Shown: in pieces, positions 63,071 through 64,000 of the stretch
Layout of the letters: every line of letters begins with the position of its first letter
How positions within the stretch are numbered: the stretch's first letter is position 1
Assembly: GCF_006345805.1 (NCBI RefSeq)
Contig: NW_021832011.1
Location: 1-64,000, forward strand
Length of the DNA: 64,000 nucleotides
Direction: 5' to 3'
DNA from: Octopus sinensis
Taxonomy: Eukaryota
Notes under the pieces: generated by a model
Told to the model about the DNA's origin: nothing
What the model saw: only the letters and a program-made list of their open reading frames with translations
Databases searched by the model: none
Translations under genes and position numbers: made by a program

Positions 63071-63108
63071 CTGTACGAAGAACGGGAACGTGAAACTCTG
63101 AGTAACAG
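63071..63108 (+). ncRNA. Minimal type I hammerhead motif with ACGAAGA core, inside an inverted repeat
   Basis: CTGT ACGAAGA ACG-GGAA-CGT GAAAC TCTGA GTA ACAG: stem I 4 bp, stem II 3 bp with GNRA loop, palindromic ACTC-T-GAGT. Confidence 0.6.
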
Positions 63109-63224
63109 CTTTTGTTAAATTCTGCTGCTTTTAATAAAACAATATATAATATGGGTGTATATATATATATAATACACACACACACACAAAGTGTATACAC
63201 ATCATATATATAATATATAATATA

Positions 63225-63642
63225 GGCGCAGGAGTGGCTGTGTGGTAAGTAGCTTGCTAACCAACCTCATGGTTCCGGGTTCAGTCCTACTGCGTGGCAC
63301 CTTGGGCAAGTGTCTTCTGCCATAGCCCCGGGCCGAACAATGCCTTGTGAGTGGATTTGGTAGACGGAAACTGAAAGAAGCCTGTCGTATATATATGTAT
63401 TTATATATATATATATATATGTATGTGCGTGTGTTTGTGTGTGTGTGTCTATGTTTGTCCCCCTAGCATTGCTTGACAACCGATGCTGGTGTGTTTACGT
63501 CCCCGCCACTTAGCGGTTCGGCAAAAAGAGACCGATAGAATAAGTACTGGGCTTACAAAGAATAAGTCCCGGGGTCGATTTGCTCGACTAAAGGCGGTGC
63601 TCCAGCATGGCCGCAGTCAAATGACTGAAACAAGTAAAAGAG
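63225..63642 (+). mobile_element. SINE family A, full copy
   Basis: Near-identical to 58111-58537. Confidence 0.85.
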
Positions 63643-64000
63643 TATACAAATTTCCACACGGAAGCACGTAACTTCAAACGTGTCTTCTCTGATGTGAATT
63701 TGCTACCCAGGTATCGGTTAACCGAATTATCCATAACAAGATAATTCATTCAACTACTCAAATTTATATATATATATATACACATATAAATAAATGCACA
63801 CCTGTCTTTGAGTACCTATATCCATTTGTTTGTGCTTATGTGTGTGTGTGTGTGCTTAAACATACACAAGTAATACACCTGTCTGTGTGTATTTCTGCAT
63901 GTGCTATATATGTATGCGTGTGTGTTCATGTGCGCATACACATATGTATGTATGTATGTATGTGTGTATGTATGTAGTATGTATGTTGGGTGTGTGTGTG

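Overview
AT-rich, microsatellite- and SINE-saturated eukaryotic DNA. The repeat landscape is most like an octopus (coleoid cephalopod) genome; this is inference only. The window lies inside one large minus-strand gene, an ANKS1A/ANKS1B (Odin/AIDA-1)-like ankyrin-repeat scaffold. I could chain 10 exons with canonical AG/GT sites and consistent phases (57095 down to 16621): the last ankyrin repeats, then a long low-complexity linker. A probable 21-nt microexon lies at 4910-4930. The 5' ankyrin exons and the expected SAM/PTB exons were not found and are presumably outside the window. The largest exon (21573-23230) has a +1 frameshift near 22675, probably an assembly error. Introns carry several tRNA-derived SINE families, five non-autonomous Helitrons, R4/Dong-type RLE retrotransposon 3' ends in (AAT)n, a Tx1/L1-type 3' fragment embedded in (GATA)n, a mariner relic, foldback elements and a Penelope-like (GIY-YIG) element with an inverted terminal repeat. 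The main hidden signal is about 13 minimal type I hammerhead-ribozyme motifs of the Penelope-like type. Several have recurrent non-canonical cores (U4C, A6U, U-U at the base of stem II), and almost all are antisense to the host pre-mRNA. Nearly all long ORFs in the supplied track are microsatellite artefacts. Repeat coordinates are approximate; exon coordinates were counted base by base.
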